Below are positions 14,001 through 26,080 of a stretch of 64,000 bases of DNA, piece after piece. Every line of letters begins with the position of its first letter. The stretch's first letter is position 1. Source of the stretch: Malacoraja senta (taxonomy: Eukaryota); the NCBI GenBank assembly GCA_038087875.1, contig CM075994.1, positions 11,038,001 through 11,102,000 on the forward strand, written 5' to 3'. A program made the position numbers and the translations under genes. The notes below the pieces were generated by a model. It did not search any database. It saw only the letters and a list, made by a program, of their open reading frames with translations, and was not told the DNA's origin.

Positions 14001-15824
14001 GGCAATCACAAATGTTTCCATTTTAAAATGTCTAAATTGCACAAAAGGATTCAGATTTATCAAATCTACAAGAATCCTACATCCTCCATCCTTTTTTGAT
14101 CGAGGGAATATTTTTGACACAAATTGGTGACTTTGGTAGACTGATTTTTCAATAACCCCTTTTTTTTATATAGGGTTTCAATTGCAACCTGAACCTCCAT
14201 CACTTCTTTTTGTACAAAGTGCAGAGTTCGGCTAGGAACATGCTGAACAGGCAAATCATAATTTGGATTGAATTCAATTCGAAATCCTTGTATATTATTC
14301 AGGATTACCACATCTGAAGTAATTTTCTTCCAATTATTATAGAAGAAATGTAACCTGCCTCCAACTTTTGGACTTAATCCAGTTAGTATGTTCCCATGAG
14401 AACCAGGTCCACCTACCTCTTGAGTCATTTCAGTACCCTGAGATTCCTGGGTTCTCCCGGAAGCACGCCCACTGGTTCTTGCTCCCGCTGCAGGCCGCCA
14501 ACTACGTCCCTGCGTTGATGAGCGACTTGGTCCAGGATCCGTATGATGTCTGAAAGGATACTTCCTCTTTACAGACTTCACAACCATTGATGTCTTCATC
14601 AATCCTGTTTTCGCTTCATCTTCCAACTCTTTAATATGTCTCCCGAGATCTCTCCAAAGAGTAAGTTGGGAAATTTGTATATTGCTTGGTTTGCAGAGTG
14701 CTGCGAATTTCGGATTCATAGTAGACCGTATAGCACTTCTCGAAGTGGGTGCTGCATAGCAACCCCAGTGCTTGCTGATGCAACTTCGTCATCTTTTGGT
14801 TGTTACCTGCTATTCTGGTAAAAGCAGTTATTTCAGAACCCAGCAGCTTTAATATTCTCTGCAACTGATTCCAGATACTCTTGCAGTCTCATCCATTTCA
14901 TGCTGTTCCAGCTAATGGTGAACCAAGTAATTTATTAAGGAGGCCAGTTCTTCCTAATGGCTCTCCTGACCCTGACGGGGCAGCGAATCCTACTACCAGG
15001 GTTGGAACATCTGGCAGCTGCCTTTCATCGCCTTGTACAGCCTCACCGTCAGAGTCGGGGTCTGAAATCTCATGACCCGTAGCACGCTCCTCATTCCTGA
15101 GGGTGCATTCCATCAGCCCTGAGCCAGGTGCTGTTAAGCTGCTCCTGCAGCTTGGATTACAGTACACTCCTTCCTGAGTGAACTTTTGCTCCAACAACCT
15201 ATGAAAAAGGCTTCTATTTGGGCAATACGCTCGAAAGCAGTATCTAGCCCTGTACCAGGAGCTGTTTGAGCTGTTTCCAGCAGCTTGGCTTTCAGAACAC
15301 TCCTCACTGAGTGAACGTTGCTCCAACAGCCTGTGTAAAAGGCTTTCTATTTGGGCAATACGCTTTAAAGCAGTATCTAGCCCTGGAGCTTCTTCATTGC
15401 CTGGGACTCCCTCCGTTGGGATTTAAACTTTGTCTTTTGCCCGACAGGCACTGACTGTGTTTTCACCAGCCCCCAGGTCCACAGTCGCTATGCTCACCGC
15501 TGGCGACTGTACCGGGGTTTAGAGGCGGTTGGTCTCTAACCGCGGACTCCCGACTTTCCCGACTTCTGTCGGCTATGTCGCTCGCCTCTTCCCCCTGTCC
15601 GTTTTTTCCCATGGCGTCTGTGGAAAAAATCGCCATAGACCCACAGTAAACGGACCTGGAAAACCTGTAAAAAAGTTTTTACTTACCTTGTAGTTGAAAA
15701 ACTACAAACCACTCGAGGAGCACTGCTCCTCACGTCCGTTTGCGTCAAGGCGTCTGACGTAATGACGCGCAGGCGCACTGACGGGCTTCTTCACGTAGTC
15801 ACTCACGTGACTCCGAAGTAAAAT
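11031..15824 (-). mobile_element. Full-length DIRS1-type tyrosine-recombinase retrotransposon (gag, RT, RNase H, DNA adenine methyltransferase-like, YR), coding region frameshifted
   Basis: RT (IDLKDAYYSV, AYLDDVLI), RNase H (LQTDASAPGWG, NYLEL, QIDNTT), MT-like (IDAFSLHW..YIFPPF) and YR (TAQRVQTL, HSARAA, AGW). Perfect 35-bp inverted repeat 11105..11139 / 15763..15797. Internal complementary region at 11262..11375. Absent from copy B (empty site ~60507). Confidence 0.95.
11262..11375. repeat. DIRS internal complementary region (ICR)
   Basis: 11262..11341 is the reverse complement of 11031..11110, and ~11339..11375 is the reverse complement of 15788..15824. Confidence 0.95.
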
Positions 15825-15996
15825 TTTAGATCCAGTACACAAGTGAGATCAGCACGATACTTTGTTTTTGACAGCACTTTGCAATAATAATTTCATATAA
15901 ATCTGTAATGTTTTCAGATATGTTTGCCATGATGTTCAATATCGTCTGTCAAGCACATCAACGTACATCTGTAAAACCATTCTCTGGCTCACCTAC

Positions 15997-16066
15997 CTGG
16001 GACTCCAATGATTGCAAGAATAGGATAGTAAATACTCTCGGTCTTCAGGAGTGCAGGCTTGTTCAT
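15997..16066 (-). CDS. GPCR copy A, coding exon 1 (MNKPALLKTESIYYPILAIIGVP+G)
   Basis: ATG at 16066 and donor CCAG|GTAGGT at 15997/15996. 70 nt (phase 1) + 947 nt = 1017 nt, giving 338 aa and restoring TM1 as YYPILAIIGVPAN. Conserved in copy B. Confidence 0.9.
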
Positions 16067-17940
16067 AGTTAGTTGGAAGATGCCTTTCTAGTCAGTTCAA
16101 TAGGCTCACGGATCTCCCGATTTCAAAGTTACCTCGTACTTATACTTTACAGAAACCTCAAGGGTGGAATGAACACGCTATGAGATTGGTATTATTCAAT
16201 CACGATCACGTTAATTAGGTTGTTTGTTTCATGCCCTTCATCACTGTTAAAATGGTAGTCTGTAGAGACATGTTTCTGCTGTTGAAATCGTCAATACATC
16301 AAACATCGGTTATCAGCTTAAATATTTTGGTAAACGCTTTAATGCGGTTTCTTTCGAATTTTCTCCATTAGCTGCACCAATAAATTGCAATATGCACCCT
16401 CTCTTATGTTTTACAAGTATCATGTGCAATTAAAATCTGAGGAGATATCTATGATTATGCGAACAATCAAATTTACCGAGACTATGAATGAGTCTGAAGA
16501 TGTGACAGAAATATTGCACAACACATAACAAAAAAGTGGCTGTTAAGGCAATAGACAATAGGTGCACGAGTAGGCCATTCGACCCTTCGATCCAGCAACG
16601 CCATTTAATGTGATCATGGCTGATCATCCACAATCAGTACCCCGTTCCTGCCTTCTCCCCATATCCCCTAACTCCGCTATCTTTAAGAACCCTATCTAGC
16701 TCTCTGTTGAAAGTATCCAGAAAACCGGCTTCCACAGACTCACAACACTCTGTGTGAAATAATTGTTTCCTTATCTCCATTCTAAACTGCTTACCCCTTA
16801 TTCTTAAACAGTGCCCCCTGGTTCTGGAGTCCCCCAACATCGGGAATATGTTTCCTGCCTCTAGCGTGTCCAAACCCTTAATAATCTTATATGTTTCAAT
16901 AAGATCCCCTCTCACCCTTCTAAATTCCAGAATATACAAGCCCAGCCGTTCCATTCTCTTAGCATATGACAGTCCCACCACCCCGGGAATTAATCATGTG
17001 AACTGATTACTTACTGCGTGCTTACTTTCATTGACTGATGAACAAGGACCCCCGGATCCCGTTGTACTTCCAGTTTTCACAATTTGACACCATTTAGAGA
17101 ATAATCTGCCTTCCTATTTTGCTACCAAAGAAGGATAATTTATTTATCCAAATTAAACTGCATCTGCCATGCCATCTGCCCACTCAACCAACCTGTCCAA
17201 GTCACCCTCCATTCTCATAGCATCCTCCTCACAGCTGCCACCCAGCTTTGTGTCATGTGCAAATTTGCTAATGTTACCTGTAATCCATTCATCTGAATTA
17301 ATAATATCTGTCATTATACTAAAAGTCTCATCTTGACCATTTCCTCTCTAAGTAGTTAATTGATTTTTAGAAAAAACGCTACCCTATATCGCTATGATTT
17401 TTGCCATCTTACTCACAGTCCTCCTCCGCTGCAGCAGCCCCAAGGATTTTTCCGATCGCTGAAAAATAAAAGAATATGAATGTTTAAAAAATCGTGAGAT
17501 TAGCTGATTGGTCCTCTAACCATGGTGAAGGCAACGCCTCTTCCGGGGGGGCGCGTGTATTTAGCCCCGGATGCCGGACGTGAGTCACTCACTCTGGAAA
17601 ATTGTGAGGGAGAGTCCCCAACTGTGATTCTAAGCTGTGATTCAACTGAACTGAGAGTCTGCAATGTATTGGCAATAAATAATTTGTTAGCCCAAAGTGA
17701 AAATGCAATGAGTTGTTTGGCCTGCCCTGTGTTTGAAACTGCAATGGAAATGGAAATTAAATGAAACTGCAATGAGTAGTTTAGCCAGCCCTGTGCTTGA
17801 AACTTCAATGGAAATGGAAATGAAATGAAAATGCAATGACTTGTTTGACCTGCCCTGTGCTTTTGCTTTTGCTTTGCTTGGCCTGAAATGAAAGCAAATG
17901 GATTGTATTGTTGACTGGCCCCGCCTTCCCTGAGCTTTTT

Positions 17941-18800
17941 CGGAATTCCGGAAGTGGCGGCGCTGTCGTACAGCAGCGGCTCGCCTGCAGTCCGTCTGTT
18001 TTTACTTTTTTTGTTGTTTTCTTTTGTCCTGTTTCAGTTAAATTTTAGTTTATTGGGTTGTGTATGTGTGGGGTGGGGGGGTGAAACATGACTTTTGTCT
18101 CTTCCTTCGGGGGAATGCAACTTTTTCTTGTCGTGTTCCCCTTCTCTGCCTCCGTCTGCGCCGAGGCCAAAATGGCGGAGCTGCCGGCCTCCAACTCCAA
18201 CTGCGACCGACCGACCTCGAGGCTCCGGAGGCAGAGCCAGGACTTACCAGCGCGAGGCTGGCCAACTTCGGGGCTGCGGTGGCGTTCCGGCGGTGGCGAC
18301 CGAGGACACTGGTGGCGACCTGAATCCGGAGGCTCGGCCGCGGGCCCAGTGGACGACATCGTCGGGAGCGCGCAGGTCACAGGTTGGTGACCTGTTTTTC
18401 TGGGGCTCCCGCAACTACAGCTGCGTCCGCTGGACTGGAGGGCGGCAGCTTCGGCAGCTTCGACCACCCCGGGCCGCGGAGTTTGAGCCGGCCCGTCGCG
18501 GAGCACGGATTCGGCCGCTGGACTGGCTTACCGTCGCCCGGCGGGGTCACAGCATCAGAAGCCTGGATCGCCTCAGCGCAGAGGGAGAAGAAAGCGGGAA
18601 GAGACAGAGACTTTAAGACTTTTGCCTCCATCACAGTGAGGAGGTGTCTGGTGAACTCACTGTGGTGGATGTTAATTTGTGTTTATTGTGTGTTTTGTCA
18701 TTTATTATTATATGTATGACTGCAGGCAACGAAATTTCGTTCAGACCGAAAGGTCTGAATGACAAATAAAGGAATCTCTAATCTCTCTAATCTCTAATCT
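17941..18800 (+). mobile_element. GC-rich non-coding SINE-like retroelement with Rex-type 3' tail, nested in the Helitron (copy A only)
   Basis: Absent at the equivalent B site (~62805). Ends in hairpin TTCAGACC-GAAA-GGTCTGAA, AATAAA and a (CTCTAAT)n tail. A second, 5'-truncated copy lies at 40355..40655. Confidence 0.8.
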
Positions 18801-20160
18801 CTTTTGCCTTTGCTTTGCTTGGCCTGAAATGAAAGCAAATTGATTGCATTGTTGGCTGGCCCCGTCTGCCCTGTGCTTTTGGTTTGCTTTGCCTTTGCTT
18901 TGCTTGACCTTAAATGAAAGCAAAATGATTGTATTGTTGACTGGCCCCGCCTGCCCTGTGCTTTTTCCTTTGCTTTGCTTGACCTTAAATGAAAGCAAAT
19001 GGACTGTATTGTTGGCCCCGCCTGCCCCGTGCTTGGCTTAGCTTTACTTGACTTGACTTGACTTGAAATGGATTGACCTGACTTGACTTGACATGACTTG
19101 AAATCGATTTACTTGACTTGACTTGACTTGACTTGACTTGACTTGACTTGAAATAGATTGACCTGACTTGACTTGACTTGACTTGACTTTAAATCGATTG
19201 ACTTAACTTGACTTGACGATTTGCTTTGCTTGACCTGAAATGATAGCAAATGGATTGTATTGTTGGTTGCCCCCGCCTGCGCTGTGCTTTTGCTTTTGCT
19301 TTGCCTTTGATTTGCTTGTCCTGAAATGAGAGCAAATGAATTGCATTGTTGGCTGGCCCCGCCTGCCCTCTGCTTTTGCTTTTGCTTTGCCTTTGCTTTG
19401 CTTGACCTGAAATGAAAGCAAATGGATTTTATTGTTGTCCCCGCCTGCCCTGTGTTTGGCTTGGCTTTACCTGACTTGACCTGGCTTGACTTGAATTGCC
19501 TTGGATGACTTGGATTGACTCGGATTGCCTTGGATTGACTTGGATTGACTTGGATTGACTTGACTTGACTTGACTTGAATTGACTTGGATTGACTTGACT
19601 TGGATTGACTTGGAGTGACGTGGAGTGACTAGGAGAGAATTGGAGTGACTTGGAGTGAACTGGATTCACTTTGATTGACGTGGATTGTCATGGATTGACT
19701 TGGATTGACTTGAAATGGATTGACTTGACTTGATTTGAAATGGCTGGACGACTTGACTTGACTTGACTTGACCTGAAATGGATTGACTTGACTTGAAATG
19801 GATTGACTTGACTTGACTTTACTTGAAATGGATTGTCTTGACTTGAAATGGATTGACTTTGTTGGCAAATGGATTGTGTTGTTGGCCCCGCTTGCGATGT
19901 GCTTGGCTTTACTTGACTTGACTTGGCTTGGCTTGGATTGCCTTGGATTGCCTTGGATTGACTTGGAGTGACTTGGATTGACTTGGATTGACTTGACTTG
20001 AAATGGATTGACTTGACTTGACTGGACTTGATGTGAAATGAATTGACATGACTTGACTTGAAATGGATTGACTTGACTTGACTTGAAATGGATTGTTGGC
20101 ACTGCACTCACTGTGCTTGACTTGACTTGACTTTACTTGATTTGACTTGACTTGACTTGT
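18801..20160. repeat. Compound satellite: ~70-90-bp minisatellite units with (TTGAC)n and (TTGGATTGAC)n arrays
   Basis: Direct inspection. Source of the KSSQV/VNPSQ pseudo-ORFs. Paralogue at ~62720..63440. Confidence 0.95.
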
Positions 20161-20277
20161 TGGCCCTGCCCTCCGGTTGATCCAAATGTCCCGCTCATTC
20201 CGGAAGTCCCGCTCGATGGAGAGGCCGTGCTCAGCCGCGTGAGTAGATTCAAGAGATTTTACTGTCGTATATATCTT

Positions 20278-20495
20278 GTGTCTGTTTGAGTGAATGTGTG
20301 TGAGTCAGTGTGTGTGAGATGGAGGGTGGCTGAGTGTGCCTGTGAGTGTGTGATGGATATTGTGTGTGTGTGAGTGTGGCTGTGTGTGTATGTATGAATG
20401 TGTGTGTGTGTGATGGAGGGTGTCTGTGTGCGTGTGATGGATTGTGTGTGTGAGGTGGAGGGTATGTGTGTGTGATGGAGGGTGTGTGTGTGAGC
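20278..20495. repeat. Degenerate (TG)n microsatellite inside the Helitron
   Basis: Direct inspection. Confidence 0.9.
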
Positions 20496-21007
20496 CCGCC
20501 AGCCGTGAGTCAACTGCCAGCCCACCAGCCGCGAGTGAGTGGCTCACATGACTGCCCACCTTTGGCCAACCTAAAACCACTCATTTCGGTCCACAAGGCC
20601 CCTATTCGCCCAGAAACGAGTCCCTTTTGCCGAAAATGACCGTATTAGCCCAGGATGAGTATTTTGGCCCAAATGGCATGTGCCAGGCCTGGACAATTCA
20701 AGAAAAAGTGCCTTTAACTGAGATTTCACTCTGATTTATTTAAAGAGTACATTCGGCACATCATGCCTGTAATAGCCCAGAAGAAGTTCCTTCGGCCCAT
20801 CTGTAAGTATTCCCCCTGTAAGTATTAAACCTCACCCCAGTATGTTTCTCCCTCCCATCATTGGCTCACAGTGGGATCCACTCCAGGTCAGACTTTCCTC
20901 CTTCATTGCTGTGATCTGATGAAAAATGTCTAAAGTTGATTCTCCACCCTCTCCCTCTACTCTCTCACAGAGTCTCTCACCTGATTTGAGCAGAATTTCT
21001 GGCAGTT

Positions 21008-21182
21008 TCTGAGCTGCCAGCCCACCAGCCCTGAGCTGCCAGCCCACCAGCTCTGTGTGAATGAGCTGCCAGCCCACCAGGCCTGAGCTGCCAGCCCGCC
21101 AGGCCTGAGTGACTGAACTGCCAGGCCTGAGTGACTGAACTGCCAGAGCTGAGTGACTGAGTGACTGAACTGCCAGCCCAGG
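21008..21182. repeat. ~22-bp GAGCTGCCAGCCCACCAG / GAGTGACTGAACTGCCAG tandem repeats inside the Helitron
   Basis: Direct inspection. Confidence 0.85.
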
Positions 21183-24100
21183 AATCAATTCGGCCCACAA
21201 TGTCCATACTAGCCCTCTGGAAACCAGTCCCTTCGGCCCACAACACTCATGCTAGCGCTCCAGAAAGACCACCTCCCCAATTGGCCACCAATATTGGAAT
21301 TGGTGGAGAGGTGGAATATTGCGTTTGGGGACCATCCCCCCGTGTGTACCTGGGACCCAAAGGATCCCACTTAGTCTAGTTTATTGTAAATAGCTGCGGT
21401 CCCAGCACAGACCCTTGCGGTACCCCACTAGTCACCGCCTGTCATTCTCAAAGGGACCCGTTAATCCCTACACTTTGTTTCCTGCCTGCCAACCAATTTT
21501 CTATCCATGTCAGTTCTTTACCCCAATACCATGTGCCCTAATGTTGTCCTCTAATCTCCTATGAGGGACCTTATCAAATGCTTTCTGAAAGTCCAAGTAC
21601 ACTACATCCACTGGCTTTCTCTTGTCCATTTTCCAAGTTACATCCTCAAAAAATTCCATAAATTTAGTCAACTATGATTTCCCCTTCATAAATCCATGCT
21701 GACTCGGACCGATCCTGCTACTGCTATCCAAGGGTGCCGCTATTTGATCTTTTGCAATTCACTCCAGTATCTTCCGCACCACCGATGTCAGGCTAACTGG
21801 TCTATCATTTCATGTTTTTTCTTTCCCGCTTTTTTTTTTAAAGTGGGATAACATTAGCTACCCTCTAATCCACGTGAACTGATCCTGAATCTATAGAACA
21901 TTGGAAAATTATTACCAATGTATCCACGATTTCCAGCGCCACCTGCTTGAGTACCCTGGGATGCAGACCATCACGCCTTGGGGATTTATCAGTCTTCAGT
22001 CTCATCTATCTACCCAATACCATGTCCTGCCTAATGTGCATTTCATCAGATCCTCCATCACCCTAGATCCTATGGCCACTATTACACCAGGGAGATTGTT
22101 TGTGTCCTCCTTAGTGAAGACGGTTCCATAGTACCTGTTTACCTCGTCTGCCATTTCCTTGTTCCCCATAATAAATTCACCATTTTCAGTCTTCAATTCT
22201 CCAAATTTGGTCTTAACTATTTGTTTCCTCTTCTCATACCTAAAGAAGTTTTTACTATCCTCCTTTATATTCGTAGCTAGCTTATCCGCGTACCTCATAT
22301 TTTCTTCTCGTATTGCCTTTTTAGTTATATTCTGTTGCTCTTTAAAAGTTACCCAATTCTCTGGCTTCCCGCTCACCTATGCTATGTTATAATTCTTCTC
22401 TTTTAATTTATACTGTCCCTGACTTCACTTGTCAGCCACGGCCGCCCTTTACTCCCCTTAGAATCTGACTTTCTCTTTGGAATGAACCTTCTGTACACCT
22501 TCTGTATTATTCCCAGAAATACCTGTCATCTTTGGTCCACTCCCATCCCTACTAGGGTATCTTTCCAGTCAACTTTGGCCAGCTCCTCCCTCATGGCACC
22601 ATAGTCCCCTTTGTTCAACTATAATACTGACACCTCCGATTTACCCTTCTCCCTCTCAAATTGTAGATCAAAACTTGTCATATTTTGCTCACTTCCTCGT
22701 AATGTCTCCATTACCTCGAGTTCACTTATCAAACCCGATTCCTTACACAACACTAAATCGAAGATTGCCTTCTCCCTGGTAGGCTCCAATACAAGCTGCT
22801 CTAATAAACCATCACGGAGGCACTCCTCAAACTCCCTTTCTTGGGGTCCAGTACCAACCTGATTTTCCCAGTCTACTGCATGTTGAAATCTCAAATAACA
22901 ACCGTTGCATTATCTTTATGACATGCCAATTTTAACTCTTGATTCAACTTGCACCCTATATCCAGCTACTGTTTGGGGGCCTGTTGATAACTCCCATTAG
23001 GGTCGTTTTACCCTTACAATTACTCAGATCTATCCATACTGACACATCTCCTGAATCTATGTCACCCCTCGCAAGGAACTGAATTACATTTCTCACCAAC
23101 AGCTACCACACCCACTCTGTGCACCGGTCTGTCTTCGATAAGACGTCTACCCTTGAATGTTCAGTTGAATTTATAATTACAATTTATAAATACTGTAATG
23201 TTCCGTTTATAATTACTGCGATCCAATGCACTCGCACACGTGTGAATCGTTAATTTTGTACCATCGTTAACAAATCGTCATTGTTTTAGTATTTCTGCAT
23301 CGGATTGAATTATGGTTTTTCAAGTGATACCTTGTGAGATAGTGGACCGAATGATGACTTTTGCAATTTCATGTGATTCTCATTCCCGTGCTCTCTTCTC
23401 ACACATCTGCCTGCCTACCTAGTTTCTAACTCAGCACTATTGATGCAGATTGATTCATGCACTCCACCTCTTCTTAAGTCCAATTCCTAGCTCTTTCGTC
23501 TTTCAGACACGAGGGAAGAGGCTGTTGCATTCACATCATGCTACGGAGATCTCAATCTCCTTGTAAGATCCGGCTGACCACGGTGTATTTATCTACAAAC
23601 CTGTAAATGTAGTTGGAGCAAGAACTGGTCACACAGCAGTAAGTGTACAGGGAGAGAGTGAGATGCGGACGACGCGGCTTTTCTGTGCGCCGATGTTGAA
23701 AATGATCGCGGACGATGATTTGTCGCTTACCCTTTCTGATTTTGTGTGCGAGTCAGGGAGTCCGTGGCAGAGGGCGTGATGTCTGCAAGTTACAGGAATA
23801 TGGAGATGGGTTTGGTTAGGATTGTGATCCTGATTGTGGATCTGTAGACAAACAATAGGAGGCCTTCTTCTCCAGATGTTCTGGAGATGACTGTACCGTG
23901 GCGCCATAGAGATGCCGTCCGAAGAATTGTCCGAGAACGGTAGGCAAAATGTAATGTGTCAAGGGTGATTCTGAGGCTGGACTAATGTGCACCATGATCA
24001 CCGGCTCTAGACTCGTTATGATTGTGGATGCCAGAGACACTGCACTCCAGCCACATGATTGACATCTGTGTTATTTCCTCTTTTCCAATATATTGAAGCA

Positions 24101-25406
24101 GAAAGAGAAACATGGGCTTAAATTCTCTCAAGTAATGCTTCTTTTTCAGAAACGCGGAGATCAGTATGTTTGAAGAAGGGTCTCCACCCGAAACGTCACC
24201 CATTCCTTCTCTCCAGAGATGCTGCCTGTCCCGCTGAGTTACTCCAGCATTTTGTGTCTGTCTTCTGTATGTTTTAAGCAACTTGTGAATTTCAAACAAC
24301 TGTACGTTTGCGTTTACAAGCTTTTATCATACGGACCAAAAGCGAATGTTATGATGTTGCTTCTCAGTAAATGCTGCCGGCGTAGCCCTCCAGTTTGTGC
24401 AGCGGGATTAGACGAAACAAACTTCCACCCGATATTCATACCAGAATTGATTCTTAAATGTTCAGTTTGTTATCGGTAGATTGCGGAGAGGTGTAACGCC
24501 TGGGTTTTCCAGGTGGCTGCATTTGTCAGTGAACTTTTCAGGATTATGGTAAAGACATAGCAACATAGAAAATAGGTGCAGGAGGAGGCCATTCGGACGT
24601 TCGATACAGCACCGCCATTCATTGTGATCATGGCTGATCATCCACAATCAGATGAGTGCCTTCTCCCCATAGCCCTTGATTCCGCCAGCTCCACGAGCTC
24701 TATCTTATTCTAAATTCATCCAGTGAATTGGCCTCCACTGCCTTCCGTGGCAGAGAATTTCTCAACTTTCTCGATGCAAAACCTTTTTCACATCTCAGTT
24801 CAAAATGGCCTCACAATATTCTTAGACTGTGGCCCCTGGTTCTGGACTTCCCCAACATTGGGAACATTTTTCCTGCATCTAGCTCGTCCAGTCCTTTTAT
24901 AATTTTATATGTTTCTACAAGATACCCCCTCATCCTTCTAAATTCCAGTCAATACAAGCCCAGTCTTTCCAATCTTTCCACTTATGACAGTCCCGCCACC
25001 CCCGGGAATAACCTTGTGAACCTACGCTCTACTCCTTCAATAGCAAGGATGTCCTTCCTCAAATTAGGAGACCAAATGTGCACACAATACTCCAGATGTG
25101 GTTTCAGTACGGCGCTGTAAAACTGCAGAAGGACCTATACTCAAATCCTCTCATTATGACGGCCAACATGCCATTAGCTTTCTTCGCAGCCTGCGGTAAA
25201 TGCAAGTTTAGTTTCAATGACTGGTGTACAAGGAAACACAGGTCCCGTTGCACTTCCCTTTTTCCTAATCTGACACCATTGATATAATAATCTGCCTCTT
25301 TGTTCTTGCCTCCAAAGTGGATAACCTCACATGTATCTACATTATACTGCATCTGCCATGCATCTGCCCTCTCACTCAACCTGTCCAGGTCACCCTGCAA
25401 CTTCCT

Positions 25407-26080
25407 TTTTTTTTCTTTTTTTTTCTTTTTTTTTTCTTCTTTTTTTTCAAGGCAATCAAAACTTTATTTCAGCGTCAAATACAGTGAATACTGGGAGCAA
25501 TCTTGGAGATTGCTCAACAAACAACGATTCATCTACTTATATATAGAATTTTTCTTTGATGTGTTGTTTATTGTGTAAGGCACTTAAGCATTTTTCCTTC
25601 CTCCGAATAATTTTACAACAATTGAAAACCATGCACCTCCAAAAGAGACAACACAGCTCAATTCCACCTTATTTTATTGTTCTACGATTGTCATTTGTCC
25701 TTTGACAACAGAGAACAGAATCGGACTAAAGTATACTGCAGTAAGTGTCATAAGCACTCTACCTATCCCTTACTGTCTTCTTGAAGCTTTGCAATTTATT
25801 TTTGACGTGTCAGTGAAATTCTTTATTTTGCATACTATACACAAGGTACCACCTATATGGTGCAGGCAAAGTATTCATTACAATCCCCAATGGTTCCTCT
25901 TTGTTGTCGGTGCCCCTACGCCAGAGCTCTCTTTGTTCTAACTCTCGTATCTGAGATCAGCGTGCAAATGGACATGATGAAGGTTCAGTAATATTGGTAT
26001 CCATGGTATCCAGTGGCTCTGACTATACATTCAGATGATCTAGCAATCAATTATATAAGACCTGATTCCATGATGTAATG
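25407..26080 (-). other. Putative L1 3'-transduced flanking sequence with a second poly(A) tail
   Basis: ~630 bp with no match elsewhere in the window, between the L1 tail and a second poly(A) (25407..25447). AATAAA at 25463..25468. TSD ACCCTGCAACTTCCT (25392..25406) / ACCTTGCAACTTCCT (29050..29064). Confidence 0.8.

Larger units (their letters stand above)
1..19440 (+). repeat. Segmental duplication, copy A (collinear with ~44123..63440; probably extends left of the window)
   Basis: Collinear near-identity of unique and repeat sequence with copy B, e.g. 91..130 vs 44211..44250, 6348..7294 vs 56455..57401, 15997..16066 vs 60686..60755. Differs by indels and copy-specific TE insertions. Confidence 0.97.
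17307..21379 (+). mobile_element. Non-autonomous Helitron-like element filled with tandem repeats
   Basis: 5' TC (A|TCTGTCATTATACTAAAA), 3' CTAG|T, subterminal hairpin TGGGACCC-AAA-GGATCCCA (21351..21369) 10 nt from the end, and no TSD. Interrupts a CR1. Confidence 0.85.
16547..23165 (-). mobile_element. CR1-clade LINE (ORF2 remnants), split by a Helitron at 17306/21380
   Basis: 3' tail CAATAGACAATAG at ~16548. Fragments RRVRGDLIETYKII, MADEVNRYY and QLVLEPTREKAIFDLV. RT sequence resumes collinearly at 21380. Confidence 0.88.

Noticed and set aside
18045..18719. Overlapping 100-200-aa GC-rich ORFs (also 33638..34768, 36313..37009, 43849..44291)
   Set aside because: Stop-codon scarcity in GC-rich repeats; no recognisable domains.
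19109..20111. Long KSSQV/VNPSQ repeat ORFs as structural proteins
   Set aside because: They are stop-free translations of (TTGAC)n satellites inside a Helitron.
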